From contig JBDGTS010000002.1 in NCBI GenBank assembly GCA_042216675.1, forward strand, positions 1 to 62,210: a stretch of DNA of 62,210 nt. Reading direction: 5' to 3'. Numbering within the stretch: the first letter of the stretch is position 1; each line of letters starts with the position of its first letter. The translations under genes were made by a program, and so were the position numbers. Below the pieces are notes generated by a model that was given only the letters and a program-made list of their open reading frames with translations, did no database searches and had not been told where the DNA came from. Positions 8,567-17,879 of this stretch are shown here, in pieces. This DNA comes from Halobacteriaceae archaeon (GTDB taxonomy: Archaea; Halobacteriota; Halobacteria; Halobacteriales; Halobacteriaceae).

Positions 8567-9820
8567 ATGCAGGACTCGACCGTCGCCGTCGCGGGCGGTG
8601 GCCTCGCGGGCCTGACCGCCGCGCGGCGCCTCGCGGACGCGGGCGCGAACGTAACCGTCTTCGAGCGTCGCGAGACGGTCGGGGGCCGCGTCAGAACGGA
8701 CCGTGTCGACGGCTTCACGCTCGACAGAGGGTTTCAGGTGCTGTTCACGGCCTATCCGGCCGCACGGCGCGAACTCGACCTCGATGCGCTCGAACTGCGC
8801 CGCTACGCGCCGGGCGCGACCATCTGTCGGCCGAACCACCGTGCCGTCCTCGCGGACCCCCTCGGCGACCCGCGCGCCGCCGTCGAGACGCTGTTGAACC
8901 GGGACGCGACGCTCCGGGACAAGGTGCGCATCCTCCGCCTCCGCCGGGCGCTCGCCGGCCGATCCCCCGCGGACATCTTCGACGGCCCGGACCAGTCGAT
9001 TCGGGCGTTCCTCGACGACTGGGGCTTCTCCGAGCGCATCGTCGAGAACTTCTTCGCGCCCTTCTACGGCGGCATCACGCTCGACCGCTCGCTGGGCACG
9101 TCGGCGGCCGTCTTCGAGTTCACCTTCGCGATGCTCGCCGCCGGCGACGCCGCCGTGCCCGTCGACGGGATGGGTGCGATACCCGAGCAGATGGCCGAGA
9201 CGGCTCGTGACGCCGGCGCCACGGTCGAGACGAACGCCGCCGTCACCGCTCTCGACGGCACGACGCTCACCGTCGACGGCGAGACGGTCGACGCGGACGC
9301 CGTCGTCGTCGCGACGGACCCGCCGACGGCGCGCGACCTGACCGGCGTCGAGGCGATTCCGACCGACGGTCGGGGCTGTGTGACCCAGTACTACCGGTTC
9401 CCCGGCTCGTTCTCGCTCGACGCGGGGAAGCGCCTCCTGCTGAACGCCGGCGAGAACGGGCCGAATCACGTCGCCCCCCACTCCGCCGTCGCGCCCGGCC
9501 ACGCGCCGGACGACGCGACGCTCGTGAGCGCGACGTATCTCGGCGACGCGCCCGACGCCGACGAACTCCGCGCACGTAGCGTCGAGGCCCTCCGCTCGTG
9601 GTTCCCCGAGCGACAGGTGCCCGACCCCGAGGTGGTGCGGACCGACCGCATCCCGTTCGCGCAGTTCGCGCAGCCACCGGGATTCTATCGGGACGGACCG
9701 GCCGCCCGGACCCCCGAGGGGGCGGTGTATCTCGCCGGCGACTACACCCACGACTCCTCTATCAACGGCGCCATCGAGAGCGGTCGGGCCGCCGCGGCGG
9801 CCCTGCGCGGGGACCGCTAA
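8567..9820 (+). CDS. FAD-dependent oxidoreductase (amine oxidase/phytoene desaturase-like)
   Basis: GGGLAGL, ER..VGGR, DRGFQV, LAGD...SINGAIESG. Confidence 0.85.
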   Translation: MQDSTVAVAGGGLAGLTAARRLADAGANVTVFERRETVGGRVRTDRVDGFTLDRGFQVLFTAYPAARRELDLDALELRRYAPGATICRPNHRAVLADPLGDPRAAVETLLNRDATLRDKVRILRLRRALAGRSPADIFDGPDQSIRAFLDDWGFSERIVENFFAPFYGGITLDRSLGTSAAVFEFTFAMLAAGDAAVPVDGMGAIPEQMAETARDAGATVETNAAVTALDGTTLTVDGETVDADAVVVATDPPTARDLTGVEAIPTDGRGCVTQYYRFPGSFSLDAGKRLLLNAGENGPNHVAPHSAVAPGHAPDDATLVSATYLGDAPDADELRARSVEALRSWFPERQVPDPEVVRTDRIPFAQFAQPPGFYRDGPAARTPEGAVYLAGDYTHDSSINGAIESGRAAAAALRGDR

Positions 9821-10398
9821 GTCGCTTGCTGGCGAGCGGTCGTGTACGCCTGTCGAACCCGCCGGAACGCGCGCTCGTCGCCCCCTTGGTCTGGGTGGAC
9901 TTCCTTCACCTTCTCGCGGTAGGCCGTCCGCACCTCCTCCAGCGACGCGTCCGCCGAGAGGCCGAGGACCGCGAACGCGCCGTTCGGGTCGCTCGGCTCC
10001 GGGCCGTCCGGGTCGCTCGCGGCGCCCATCTCGGGCGTCTCGAAGGGGAGGCGCGCGCCGAGGTGGGCGCCCGGCATCTCGTGTTCGACGAGGATGGGGT
10101 GCGTCTCCGTCGCCGCGATGCGGAAGTACGCCCGCGCGTCGAAGGTGATGGCCACGTCCCGACCCGGCAGATAGAAGGCGACGTGTTGGCCGGCGACGAA
10201 GTGCTCCTCGGCGTACCGCTCGCCGATGGCGTCGAGGTACGCCCGGATTTCGGCGCGGCGCTTCTGCTCGCCCGCGTCCGACTCGCCCTCGGGTGCGGGT
10301 GGCGTCGGGTAGCGGCGCTCCGCGACGACGAAGACGGCGGCGAACACGACTGAGAGCCCCGCCGTGATGGCGAGGCCCTGCCACAGCGGCGACAGCAC
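9817..10398 (-). CDS. membrane-anchored J-domain protein
   Basis: N-terminal TM; C-terminal FAVLGL...VHPDQGG J domain. Confidence 0.85.
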   Translation of the reverse strand: MLSPLWQGLAITAGLSVVFAAVFVVAERRYPTPPAPEGESDAGEQKRRAEIRAYLDAIGERYAEEHFVAGQHVAFYLPGRDVAITFDARAYFRIAATETHPILVEHEMPGAHLGARLPFETPEMGAASDPDGPEPSDPNGAFAVLGLSADASLEEVRTAYREKVKEVHPDQGGDERAFRRVRQAYTTARQQAT

Positions 10399-10438
10399 GT
10401 CCCGGGGTTAGGGACGCGAGAAAATCAATCCAGCGCCC

Positions 10439-11200
10439 TCAGCCGATGTACCGAAGGTCCTCGTTGCCGCCGGCGGCCGGGCCGACGCTCTCGTCCATCT
10501 CCTGCAGTTGGCTGACGACTTCCTCCATCTCCTCGGCGCGCTCTTCGAGGCTCTCGAAGTCCACCTCGAAGTCCAGTGCGGTTTCCAGCACTTCGAGGAC
10601 GGCCTGTGCGCTCTTCGGGTCGACGAGGTAGCCACTCGTCTCGCCCATCAGGCAGGCGCCGTCGAAGCCGCGGCGCTCCCCGATGCCGAGGAGCAAGCCG
10701 CTCGTGCCGACGATGCCACCCGCGGGTTCCTCGCTCCGGAACTCGACGCCGTACTCCTCTAAGTCCGCGATGGTCTCATCGGTGGTGGCGGCGCCGAGGA
10801 CGCTGTACTCCTCGATGAGCTCGCCCGTGGGGACGCCACCCAGCGCGAACAGTTCGTCGGCGCCGGCCTCCGCCGCCACGTCGAGAAAGGCGTTCGCGAG
10901 GCGGTAGTGGCCCTGTGTGTCGCCGGCCTGATGGTCGCCGGTGAGCACGAGGAGGTCGCGGCCCTCGGTTTCGACCGCGTGGAACGCGGCGTGTGCGAGC
11001 GCCGTCCGGCCGTCGTCGTCGACGGTCACTTGCGGCGGGAGGTGCTCGGAGTACACCCGCCGGACCAGTTCGCCGTCCGCCTCCTCGACGAGATGCTCGG
11101 CGGCCAACTTGCCGACGTGCCCCACGCCGGGGAGGCCCTCGACGAGGACCGGGTCGTCGAGGTCCATCTCGGCGACGGTTTCGATGTCGACGCTGTCCAT
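10439..11200 (-). CDS. proteasome assembly chaperone (PAC2) family protein
   Basis: EGLPGVGHVGKLA, CLMGETSGY, C-terminal YIG; conserved position after nop10. Confidence 0.9.
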   Translation of the reverse strand: MDSVDIETVAEMDLDDPVLVEGLPGVGHVGKLAAEHLVEEADGELVRRVYSEHLPPQVTVDDDGRTALAHAAFHAVETEGRDLLVLTGDHQAGDTQGHYRLANAFLDVAAEAGADELFALGGVPTGELIEEYSVLGAATTDETIADLEEYGVEFRSEEPAGGIVGTSGLLLGIGERRGFDGACLMGETSGYLVDPKSAQAVLEVLETALDFEVDFESLEERAEEMEEVVSQLQEMDESVGPAAGGNEDLRYIG

Positions 11201-11204
11201 GGGG

Positions 11205-11387
11205 CTATTCCCGGCTTCGGCGCTTAAGTGCGCGTCGATACTCGCCGTACTGGTCCGTCGGGTCGAACGGCGCCGGAGCGCTGTTCACGGCCTCGGCACC
11301 GCACTCGGGGCAGGTGTCGTCCAGCGTGTACACCGGTCGCTCGTGGTTCTGTTCCCACGCCGCGCAGACGTGGATGTCGGCTTTCAC
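11205..11387 (-). CDS. nop10: H/ACA RNP protein Nop10
   Basis: VYTL..CPECG...[15 protein letters not shown]; GTG start overlaps the aIF2alpha stop. Confidence 0.9.
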   Translation of the reverse strand: MKADIHVCAAWEQNHERPVYTLDDTCPECGAEAVNSAPAPFDPTDQYGEYRRALKRRSRE

Positions 11388-12184
11388 TCTTCGACGCGGC
11401 GCTCGCGGTGGTACTCGCCGCTCCCGCCGGCGGCCTCGACGTTCGCGGTGGCGCGGTCGGCGCTGGCTTCGAGGGCGTCCTCGGCCGTCTTGTAGTTGGG
11501 CGCCTGCACCTTGATGCGGTACTCGGGGGCGCCGACGTACGTCACGTCGAGGTCCACCTCGTCGGGCACGTCGCCGTTCTCGCCCTCGGCGGCCTGCAGG
11601 GCGTCGCGGACGACGTCGACGCCGTCGGGCGCGGGGCTCTCGAGCGTGACGTAGCCCGTGACGTTGACGTAGGGCACCGAGACGTTCTCCCGGGCCGTCT
11701 CGACGATGGTCTCGACCTCGCTCTCGTCGAGGTCGACGTTTTCGAGGGCCTCCTCGCCGTGGATGGCCGCCTCCTCGAAGGCGTCGTAGAGCGAGGGGTA
11801 CTGGTCGAGCATCGCCTCGGCGACGCGGCGGAACTCCTCGTCGCTGGCGTCCTCGCCGAGGGCGAGTTCCATCCAGTTGTCGGCCTTCTGCTCGTTTTTC
11901 CACTCCTGAATCTTCTCGCTGCGCTGGTGGTCGTTGACGTCCTTCAGCGAGAGGTCGATCTGCTTGGACTCCGTGTCCACTTCCAGCACCTTCGCGACGA
12001 CGGTTTGTCCCTCGCTGACGTGGTCGCTGATGCTCTTTATCCAGCCACTCGCGACTTCGCTGACGTGGACGAGGCCCCGCTTGTCCTTGTACTCCTCGAG
12101 GTCCACGAACACGCCGAAGTCCTCGATCTCGTCGATTTTGCCGACGACGAGGTCGCCGGGTTCCGGCCACCCTTCGTATTTCAT
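11384..12184 (-). CDS. eif2a: translation initiation factor aIF2 alpha
   Basis: S1 domain ([21 protein letters not shown]), YVGAPEYRI. Confidence 0.95.
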   Translation of the reverse strand: MKYEGWPEPGDLVVGKIDEIEDFGVFVDLEEYKDKRGLVHVSEVASGWIKSISDHVSEGQTVVAKVLEVDTESKQIDLSLKDVNDHQRSEKIQEWKNEQKADNWMELALGEDASDEEFRRVAEAMLDQYPSLYDAFEEAAIHGEEALENVDLDESEVETIVETARENVSVPYVNVTGYVTLESPAPDGVDVVRDALQAAEGENGDVPDEVDLDVTYVGAPEYRIKVQAPNYKTAEDALEASADRATANVEAAGGSGEYHRERRVEE

Positions 12185-12238
12185 ACGCGGGGATTAGGCG
12201 CTGGGGCGAATAAAACCTCCGTGATGGCCCCCAGTCGC

Positions 12239-12433
12239 TCAGATGGCGGCGACGTTCTCGTCGCGGTCCTCGACGACTTCGAGGATTTCGCCCTCGACCT
12301 CGGCCTCGCCGCCCGTCGGGCGAGCGAGCGTCTGGCCACAGACGGCGCACTCGACTTCCGTCGAGGTCTTGCCGAAGACAATCTGCTCGTTCTCACAGTC
12401 CGGGCACTCGACGCGGATGAAGCTCCCCGCCAT
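12239..12433 (-). CDS. rps27e: 30S ribosomal protein S27e
   Basis: [20 protein letters not shown]...CAVCG..LARPTGG. Confidence 0.95.
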   Translation of the reverse strand: MAGSFIRVECPDCENEQIVFGKTSTEVECAVCGQTLARPTGGEAEVEGEILEVVEDRDENVAAI

Positions 12434-12717
12434 TATTCTTGCAGCTCCAGTCGGCCGGCGCGCCATCCCTCTCGGAGGTGGGCCTTGCCACAGTCGCCAC
12501 AGCGGTACTTGAGGTTCGTCTTCTTCGTCGGCTTGTCCCCACCGGGCACCTTCGAGAACTTGCCGGAGTTCCCGATGCTGGACGTCTGGCGCTCGCGCTG
12601 GCGACCCTGCACCTTCGTCATCCCCGACGGACGGCCCGACCGAACACGCTCGACCTCGTGTTCTTGATGCGAATCGCAGTGCGGGCAGTACGTGTTGAAT
12701 CGGCGTGGCATTTCCAT
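12433..12717 (-). CDS. rpl44e: 50S ribosomal protein L44e
   Basis: [22 protein letters not shown]. Confidence 0.95.
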   Translation of the reverse strand: MEMPRRFNTYCPHCDSHQEHEVERVRSGRPSGMTKVQGRQRERQTSSIGNSGKFSKVPGGDKPTKKTNLKYRCGDCGKAHLREGWRAGRLELQE

Positions 12718-12824
12718 GGTTGTTGTTCCGTATTCCGTCGTGGCGGTTGAAATGGGTTTGGTTTCTCGACGGGGCCTCGCGCCGTGACGAAACGTTTACC
12801 GTCCGGGCCGCCACAGCCCACGTC

Positions 12825-13091
12825 ATGAAGCGGCTCATCATCCACGGCGACCCCGGCGTCCGGCGCGACGGCATCGTGGAGGTCGGTGGGGAGGAGTACG
12901 TCCTCTTTCAGGTCACTCGGCAGGGTGACTGGCACGGCCCGGACCGCGTCCAACTCTGGTGCATCGCGGGCGAAGAGGACGAACGCGAGGCCTACGACAC
13001 GCAGGACTACATCCCCCACTTCCTCGACGTCGAGACGGCCGACGCCGACGACGTCACCGTGACGAAGCAGGGCGGCGAACTCGCCGTTTAG
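12825..13091 (+). CDS. conserved haloarchaeal small protein (HAH_0734-like)
   Basis: MKRLIIHGDPG...WHGPDRVQLWC...YIPHFLDV. Confidence 0.75.
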   Translation: MKRLIIHGDPGVRRDGIVEVGGEEYVLFQVTRQGDWHGPDRVQLWCIAGEEDEREAYDTQDYIPHFLDVETADADDVTVTKQGGELAV

Positions 13092-15382
13092 GCGAGGTCC
13101 CCCTCGGTCACGCGGTAGATGACCACGCTCCCGAGTTCCACTTCTCGCTCGATGCCCGGTTCGGACGCGAACGCCGCAATCGAGTCGCCGTACTGCTCTC
13201 GCGCCACCGGGCCGACGTAGATGTACTGTACGTCGTACACCGCGAGCAGTCGCGCCCGCTCCGCCGTGGTGCCCGTGAATATCGTGTCCACGTCGTTCGC
13301 CCGCCGCTCGACGGCGGCCTCGTCGTGATAGCGGCTCTCGTGGTGCGTCCAGTCCACGACCGTCGGCACCCCCGTGAGTGCCGCGGGCGCGCCGCTCCAG
13401 TCGTAGGCCGTCCCGTAGCCGGAGACGACGTTCGGCTGTCCCGACAGGTCGTTGAGCCACCGGATGGCCGCCGCTTCCTCGGGGTGGCTCCGCTCCACGA
13501 AGTTCCGCGCGTTCAGCGTCGGGTCGTCGCTCGCCGGCGACTCGAAGTCGCTCGTGAAGTGCGCGTGGAGCGCCAAGCCGCCGTAGATGGACGCCGAGAG
13601 CAGGAGGGCGACGCCGAGGCCGGTCCGCAGGAGCGTCCGGGCGTCCGGCCCGTCGCCGCTTTCGGTCAGTCGCCGCCGTATCGCCGCCGCCGTCGCTCCG
13701 AACCGCGACACGTCGGCGAGTATCGCGCCCGCCGCGACGCCCCAGAGCGCCCACACCTGTGCGTACGTCTTGAACACCGTGTTGAACCGCGTTCCGGCGC
13801 CGCCGTACTCCTCTAAGTGGACGAGTTCGACGAGGACGAGGAGCCCCGCCGCGCCGACGACGAGGACGGCCTCGAAGCCGACGCGGTCCGTCCGGGCCAG
13901 ATACCAGCCCCCGAGGACGAGCGGACCGAACAGCGCGAGCGCCGTCAGCGACTCCGGCGCGGTGAGCGCCAGCGCCGCCACCACGACGAGGAGTGCCACA
14001 ACCGCCGTTCGGAGCGACGGGGCGGCACGCTCGACGCCGTAGGCCACCGTCGGCAGGAGAAACACGCCGTGGACGACGAGGAGACCGGCGAGCCCCGACC
14101 GGAGCGCCGGCGTGTTGACGGCGATGGAGCGCCCGGACGCGGCGTTCGCGAGGAACGGGAAGACGACGACGGCGGCGATGGCCATCACCGCCGCCGCGCC
14201 GACGAGGGCGACGGCGGGTCGTGCCACCTCCCGAAGCGCGCGGCGACCGGACGCCGACTGCACGCGGTTCGTGACTGCCGCGCCCCGCTCGACGACGGCC
14301 GCCGGGAGCAGCGTCCACGGCGACGCGGGCGCGAGCGCGAGCGTCAGCCACGTCAGCCCGCCCACGGCGGGAAAACTCCACGTGTTGACGAGAGCGATGA
14401 GGCCGCCGACCGGACCGACGGCGGCGACGAGGCCCCGGCGGCGCCACACCGCCGACTCGGGCGTCTGCGCGTAGGCAAAGAGCAGGCCCGCGACGAGCAA
14501 CAGTAGCGGCGGACTCATCATGTGCGCGTGCAAGTCGCCGTTGAGGAACGCGAAAAACGGGAACTCCTGAATCGCGCCGGGGATGACCGTCCGCGCGTCC
14601 CAGAAGTGGAACTTCGACGGACCGACGGCGAGGGTGTCCTCGACTTGCAGTTCGGCCGCGCGCACGAGGCCCCGCCCGGTGTCGCCGAGGAGCCACCCCA
14701 GCGTCCGGATGGGCGTCGCGAGGTTGCTCGCCAGCCCCACGAGAATGGCGGCCGACGCGCCGGCCGCGCGGTAGGAGCGATTCCGCGCGGCGGCAATCGC
14801 GCCCGCCAGTCCGTACGCCGTCGAGACGTACGTCGCGTAGAACACCGCGAGCGCCGTGTTGTAGGCGTAGGCGACGTCGGTGGCCGTCAGTTTGGCGAGC
14901 ATCGCGGCCACCATGTGCCCGCCGTAGTAGTAGCGGGCCGGTTCACCAGCGAACCAGACGTCCTCCGGCGGCAGGAACTCAGCGCGGAGGAGCGACGCGA
15001 GCAGTCCCATGTCGAGGAACTTCTCGCCGCCGACGGGGTACGCCGAGGGGTCGACGGCGCGAATCGCTATCAGGAGGCCGAAGGCGAGCGTGAACACCGT
15101 CGCCACCTCGGCGAAGCGGCCCCAGTCGGGCCGCGCGTCGCGCCGGAGGGCCGTGACCATCCCGCCGAGAAGAACCGCGAGCGCGGCCAGCACGGCCGGC
15201 CAACCGAAGGCGAGCCGTCCGACCCAGTAGCCGACGACGCCGAACACGGCCAGCACCAGCGGGAGAGCGAGTCCGGCCCCGCCGTCGTCGAGGCGGCGAC
15301 AGATGAGCGCCGCGGACGGCACGGCCGCGACGGCTAGCGTGAGAACCGTCATCCACCAGACGAAGACCAGCGCGTACTCCAT
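13088..15382 (-). CDS. DUF2298 (Chlor_Arch_YYY) polytopic membrane protein, GT-C-like
   Basis: GGEKFLD, YYYGG, EFPFF...GDLHAH, RFNTVFKTY. Confidence 0.85.
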   Translation of the reverse strand: MEYALVFVWWMTVLTLAVAAVPSAALICRRLDDGGAGLALPLVLAVFGVVGYWVGRLAFGWPAVLAALAVLLGGMVTALRRDARPDWGRFAEVATVFTLAFGLLIAIRAVDPSAYPVGGEKFLDMGLLASLLRAEFLPPEDVWFAGEPARYYYGGHMVAAMLAKLTATDVAYAYNTALAVFYATYVSTAYGLAGAIAAARNRSYRAAGASAAILVGLASNLATPIRTLGWLLGDTGRGLVRAAELQVEDTLAVGPSKFHFWDARTVIPGAIQEFPFFAFLNGDLHAHMMSPPLLLLVAGLLFAYAQTPESAVWRRRGLVAAVGPVGGLIALVNTWSFPAVGGLTWLTLALAPASPWTLLPAAVVERGAAVTNRVQSASGRRALREVARPAVALVGAAAVMAIAAVVVFPFLANAASGRSIAVNTPALRSGLAGLLVVHGVFLLPTVAYGVERAAPSLRTAVVALLVVVAALALTAPESLTALALFGPLVLGGWYLARTDRVGFEAVLVVGAAGLLVLVELVHLEEYGGAGTRFNTVFKTYAQVWALWGVAAGAILADVSRFGATAAAIRRRLTESGDGPDARTLLRTGLGVALLLSASIYGGLALHAHFTSDFESPASDDPTLNARNFVERSHPEEAAAIRWLNDLSGQPNVVSGYGTAYDWSGAPAALTGVPTVVDWTHHESRYHDEAAVERRANDVDTIFTGTTAERARLLAVYDVQYIYVGPVAREQYGDSIAAFASEPGIEREVELGSVVIYRVTEGDLA

Positions 15383-15494
15383 CCTGCCGGTGAGTGCGCG
15401 TGACGCGCCTAAACGCTTTGTGTTAGCTTCAGGGCCAGCGTGCCCTACCCCTGTTGGCCGGAGATATAACCGCGGCCCGGCGGCACAGTGTCCT

Positions 15495-15557
15495 ATGTGC
15501 TCTTACAGCACACGAGCGATGCGTCTCTCGCTCGCTCGAACGGAGGTGGGGTCCTGA
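15495..15557 (+). CDS. putative leaderless uORF MCSYSTRAMRLSLARTEVGS
   Basis: ATG about 28 nt after TATAA (15465-15469); stop overlaps the DoxX start (TGATG); GGAGGTG inside. Confidence 0.35.
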   Translation: MCSYSTRAMRLSLARTEVGS

Positions 15558-15973
15558 TGGCCATCGAGGGGTCGGCAGGGGCGTTCCTGCTCGCGGGACG
15601 CGGTCTGTTCGCACTGACCATGGGCTTTCTCGCGGTGAATCACTTCACGAACGTCGAGCAGATGGCAGGCTACGCGGGGTCGAAGGGCGTCCCCGCGCCG
15701 GCGTTCGCCGTCGTCGCGTCCGGCGTGACGCTGGCGCTCGGTGCGCTCTCGATTCTCACCGGGGCCTACGCGACGTTCGGCGCCGGCGCCACGGCGGTGT
15801 TCTTCCTCGTCGTGACGCCCATGATGCACGACTTCTGGGCGGCCTCGGAGGACCAGAAGACCCAGCAGATGCAGGACTTCATGAAGAACGCCGCGCTCCT
15901 CGGCGGTGCGTTGGCGTTGCTCGCCATCAGCGGGCAGGACTGGGCCTACGCGGTGAATGTGGGTCTGTTCTGA
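15557..15973 (+). CDS. DoxX family membrane protein
   Basis: GR..F..NHF, YAGSKGVP, MHDFW, FMKNAALLGG. Confidence 0.88.
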   Translation: MAIEGSAGAFLLAGRGLFALTMGFLAVNHFTNVEQMAGYAGSKGVPAPAFAVVASGVTLALGALSILTGAYATFGAGATAVFFLVVTPMMHDFWAASEDQKTQQMQDFMKNAALLGGALALLAISGQDWAYAVNVGLF

Positions 15974-16170
15974 CCCACGTCGCTCGCTTCGCTCGCGTTC
16001 TCTCGTTCAAATAGTGACCGAACTACGCGAGCGTCGATGCCGTGTGAGAAGTAGCGGGAGGGAGATTTGAACCGACGTCACTTCGCGACCGACGGCCGCT
16101 CGTTCCGTGGTTCAAATCTCCGTCCGCGACAGAGGGTCACCGCTGCCGGGCCAGCGGCGACGATAGAACA
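15967..16170 (-). repeat. tRNA-iMet trailer: direct copy of the tRNA 3' end (16051-16073), inverted T-arm copy (16109-16121), degenerate extra unit (about 15967-16011)
   Basis: GTAGCGGGAGGGAGATTTGAAC (16051) vs GTAGCGGGAGGTAGATTTGAAC (16171); GGAGATTTGAACC/GGTTCAAATCTCC is a perfect 13-bp inverted repeat. Confidence 0.8.
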
Positions 16171-16171
16171 G

Positions 16172-16246
16172 TAGCGGGAGGTAGATTTGAACTACCGATC
16201 TCCGGGTTATGAGCCCGGCGGAATCTCCTGGCTATCCCATCCCGCT
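16172..16246 (-). tRNA. initiator tRNA-Met(CAU)
   Basis: Reverse complement AGCGGGATGGGATAGCC...CCGGG-CTCATAA-CCCGG...GTTCAAATC...TCCCGCTA; A1-U72 and three G-C anticodon-stem pairs. Confidence 0.95.
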
Positions 16247-16310
16247 ACCCTCTCGTAACGCGGTGGAACTGTTAAGGGTTGTGTTTCGGATGCCGTATGC
16301 GAGATTTCCG

Positions 16311-16880
16311 CTATCCGTCGCCGTGTTCGTCGACGATGACAACTTCGCCGTCCACCACGTCGACGTTGATGAGCGTCTTCACGTCGCGGCCGCTGGCCTC
16401 CAGTTTGTTCTCGCCGCCGACTTTCTTGATGACCGCGACGATGTCGCCGACGTCCGCGCCGATGTGTTCGAGGGCGTCCGTGATGGCGTCGAGGGTGCCG
16501 CCCGTCGAGAGGACGTCGTCGAGGACGAGGACGCGGTCCCCCTCTTGTACGTCGTTGATGTACATCTGGTTCTCGGAGTAGCCCGTCTGCTGGGCCAGCG
16601 ACACCTCGCCCTCCAATCCGTACTGGCGCTTGCGCACCACGACGAGGGGGAGGTCAGTCATCAGCGAGACGGCCGTGGAGATGTGGATCCCCATCGCCGC
16701 CGGCGTCACGATCTTGTCGACGTCCTCCAACTCGGCCTTGCGGATGATGCCGATGACGATTTCACGGAGGAGTTCCGGCTCAAGCATCGGAACGCCGTCG
16801 CTGACGGGGTGAACGAAGTAGTGGTATCCGTCCTTCTCGATGATGGGCGCGTCGAGGAGGGACCGCTTGAGTCGATCCAT
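16311..16880 (-). CDS. hpt: hypoxanthine/guanine (adenine-type) phosphoribosyltransferase
   Basis: [33 protein letters not shown] motif. Confidence 0.9.
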   Translation of the reverse strand: MDRLKRSLLDAPIIEKDGYHYFVHPVSDGVPMLEPELLREIVIGIIRKAELEDVDKIVTPAAMGIHISTAVSLMTDLPLVVVRKRQYGLEGEVSLAQQTGYSENQMYINDVQEGDRVLVLDDVLSTGGTLDAITDALEHIGADVGDIVAVIKKVGGENKLEASGRDVKTLINVDVVDGEVVIVDEHGDG

Positions 16881-16924
16881 GTTGGCCGTATCGGAGCGGG
16901 TCGTAAAAAGTCGTCTATGACCGC

Positions 16925-17335
16925 CTACAGCGACAGGGCGAGCGGCCACGCCGCGCCGCCGACGGCGAGGAGTGACAGCGCACCGCCGGTCAGCGCGACG
17001 TTCTTCAGGAAGTCGGTCATCTCGGACTGCTTCTCCTCGGGGTCCTCGACGTTCCAGAAGTCGTGGAACAGAACGGCGGACGAGAGCAAGAACGCCCCCA
17101 GCGCCGCGCCGGCGACGACTGGGAGGACGCCGAGGACGATGGCGACGCCGCCCAGAATCAGCACGGCGCCGGAGCCGAGGACCGATACCTTCGGCAGCGG
17201 GACGCCCTTCGACTCGGCGTAGCCCGCGAGCCAGTCCGTCTGCTGGAAGTGGTTCAGACCCATGAACGCCAGGACGCCGCCGAACAGGAGGCGACCGAGC
17301 AGGAAGGCCACGTCGCTGACGGTGGCGAGCGTCAT
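16925..17335 (-). CDS. DoxX family membrane protein (second paralogue)
   Basis: [31 protein letters not shown]. Confidence 0.88.
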   Translation of the reverse strand: MTLATVSDVAFLLGRLLFGGVLAFMGLNHFQQTDWLAGYAESKGVPLPKVSVLGSGAVLILGGVAIVLGVLPVVAGAALGAFLLSSAVLFHDFWNVEDPEEKQSEMTDFLKNVALTGGALSLLAVGGAAWPLALSL

Positions 17336-17403
17336 TCGCTTCCCTCCGCGCCACAGACTGTCTCGACTACGGTGCAACTGCCAGTTTCGAATGCTGGTTC
17401 CAT
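17332..17403 (-). CDS. putative leader peptide [23 protein letters not shown]
   Basis: 23-codon ORF ending in an ATGA overlap with DoxX; GGAGG inside; AT-rich box about 30 nt upstream. Confidence 0.45.
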   Translation of the reverse strand: MEPAFETGSCTVVETVCGAEGSE

Positions 17404-17471
17404 TACGTTACCTACTTCGTTCCGGAACCTATTTGTACTCTATGCGACAACAAGGTTAGTAGGTAGTACCC

Positions 17472-17825
17472 GTGTCATCGATATCTAACGAAGCTGACGA
17501 GACCGTCGAGAAGAACGCGGAGGCCTGCTCCGTCGTCGAGGCCGTCGAACAGATCGGGTCCCAGTGGCGGCTGGTGGTCCTCCACGACCTTCAGGGGGGA
17601 GAGAAGCGCTTCAACGAACTCAAGCGGTCGACGGGCGCGAGTTCCCGGACGCTCTCCCGCGTCCTCGACGACCTCGAAGACGCTGGCCTCGTGAACCGGC
17701 GCGTCGAGGACCGTCCCATCGCGACGTACTACAGCCTCGCCGAGAAGGGCGAACGCCTCTGTCCGGTCTTCGACGAACTCGAATCGTGGGCGGACGACTG
17801 GCTGGAGACGCCGGTCGAGGCGTAA
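17472..17825 (+). CDS. HxlR-family winged-helix regulator with N-terminal Cys
   Basis: ACSVVEAVEQIGSQW, KRFNELKRS, SRTLSRVL, YSL. Confidence 0.9.
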   Translation: MSSISNEADETVEKNAEACSVVEAVEQIGSQWRLVVLHDLQGGEKRFNELKRSTGASSRTLSRVLDDLEDAGLVNRRVEDRPIATYYSLAEKGERLCPVFDELESWADDWLETPVEA

Positions 17826-17879
17826 GAACGCCCGATTTGAGAAGGGTTAAGTCGGCGGTGGCGAAGATGCACGTAGTCG

